Source: Lysobacterales bacterium (GTDB lineage: Bacteria > Pseudomonadota > Gammaproteobacteria > Xanthomonadales > SZUA-5). From it: a stretch of 64,000 nt of DNA. Shown here piece after piece: positions 63,813 through 64,000 of the stretch (its first letter is position 1; each line of letters starts with the position of its first letter). Below the pieces are notes generated by a model, which saw nothing but the letters and a program-made list of their open reading frames with translations, was not told the origin of the DNA and did not search any database. Location: positions 1 through 64,000 of the forward strand of contig JALHMH010000002.1 in NCBI GenBank assembly GCA_022844165.1. Reading direction: 5' to 3'. The position numbers and the translations under genes were made by a program.

Positions 63813-64000
63813 GCCGACACCTGCGCGCGGCGATCCAGTTCATCGGCCTGCACCACCAGCTTGAAGCTCGGCTTGCCGGTCTTGACCGTGCGTGCCGGCT
63901 CGAAGGCCTTGCGCAGCGACTCGGCCCAGGCATTGAACTTGGACTCGGAGACCCGGTAGGCGATCTCGATGAACTCAGCCGGATCCTCTCCGCCCTTGGC
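63809..64000 (-). CDS. Hypothetical phage protein (3' part only)
   Basis: Open frame from the window edge (DPAEFIEIAYRVSESKFNAW...ARTVKTGKPSF) to TGA overlapping the next ATG. Confidence 0.65.
   Translation of the reverse strand, partial: AKGGEDPAEFIEIAYRVSESKFNAWAESLRKAFEPARTVKTGKPSFKLVVQADELDRRAQVSA

Larger units (their letters stand above)
15864..64000 (-). mobile_element. Lambda-like siphoviral prophage, continuing beyond the window
   Basis: Ordered replication, cos, terminase, portal, capsid, tail and lysis genes on the minus strand. Confidence 0.95.

Overview
GC-rich proteobacterial-looking accessory region beginning at a tRNA(CAU) gene that has a degenerate tandem copy upstream. 0.6-15.8 kb is cargo: a minimal merRTPA operon, gene remnants, a type I restriction-modification locus (hsdM-rhuM-like-hsdS-hsdR) whose hsdS has an in-frame (GCAA)7 tract, and an IS1-family-like element with passenger genes. 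From about 15.9 kb to the window end is a lambda-like siphoviral prophage on the minus strand (lysis, tail, head, terminase, two ParB-methyltransferases, a lambda-like cos site, RuvC/primase/helicase replication module). No integrase or repressor lies in the window. The prophage has three opposite-strand insertions: a DUF4160/DUF2442-type TA pair; an array of small genes behind five copies of a 31-bp motif; and an 8.4-kb module (long leader hairpin, SIS-HAD, PRTase-like, P-loop ATPase, unknown protein, PfkB kinase, then a divergent HTH/NADAR pair). That module is the best candidate for an undescribed nucleotide/sugar-phosphate-based defence system. All family assignments are from motif recognition by eye; no database searches were run.
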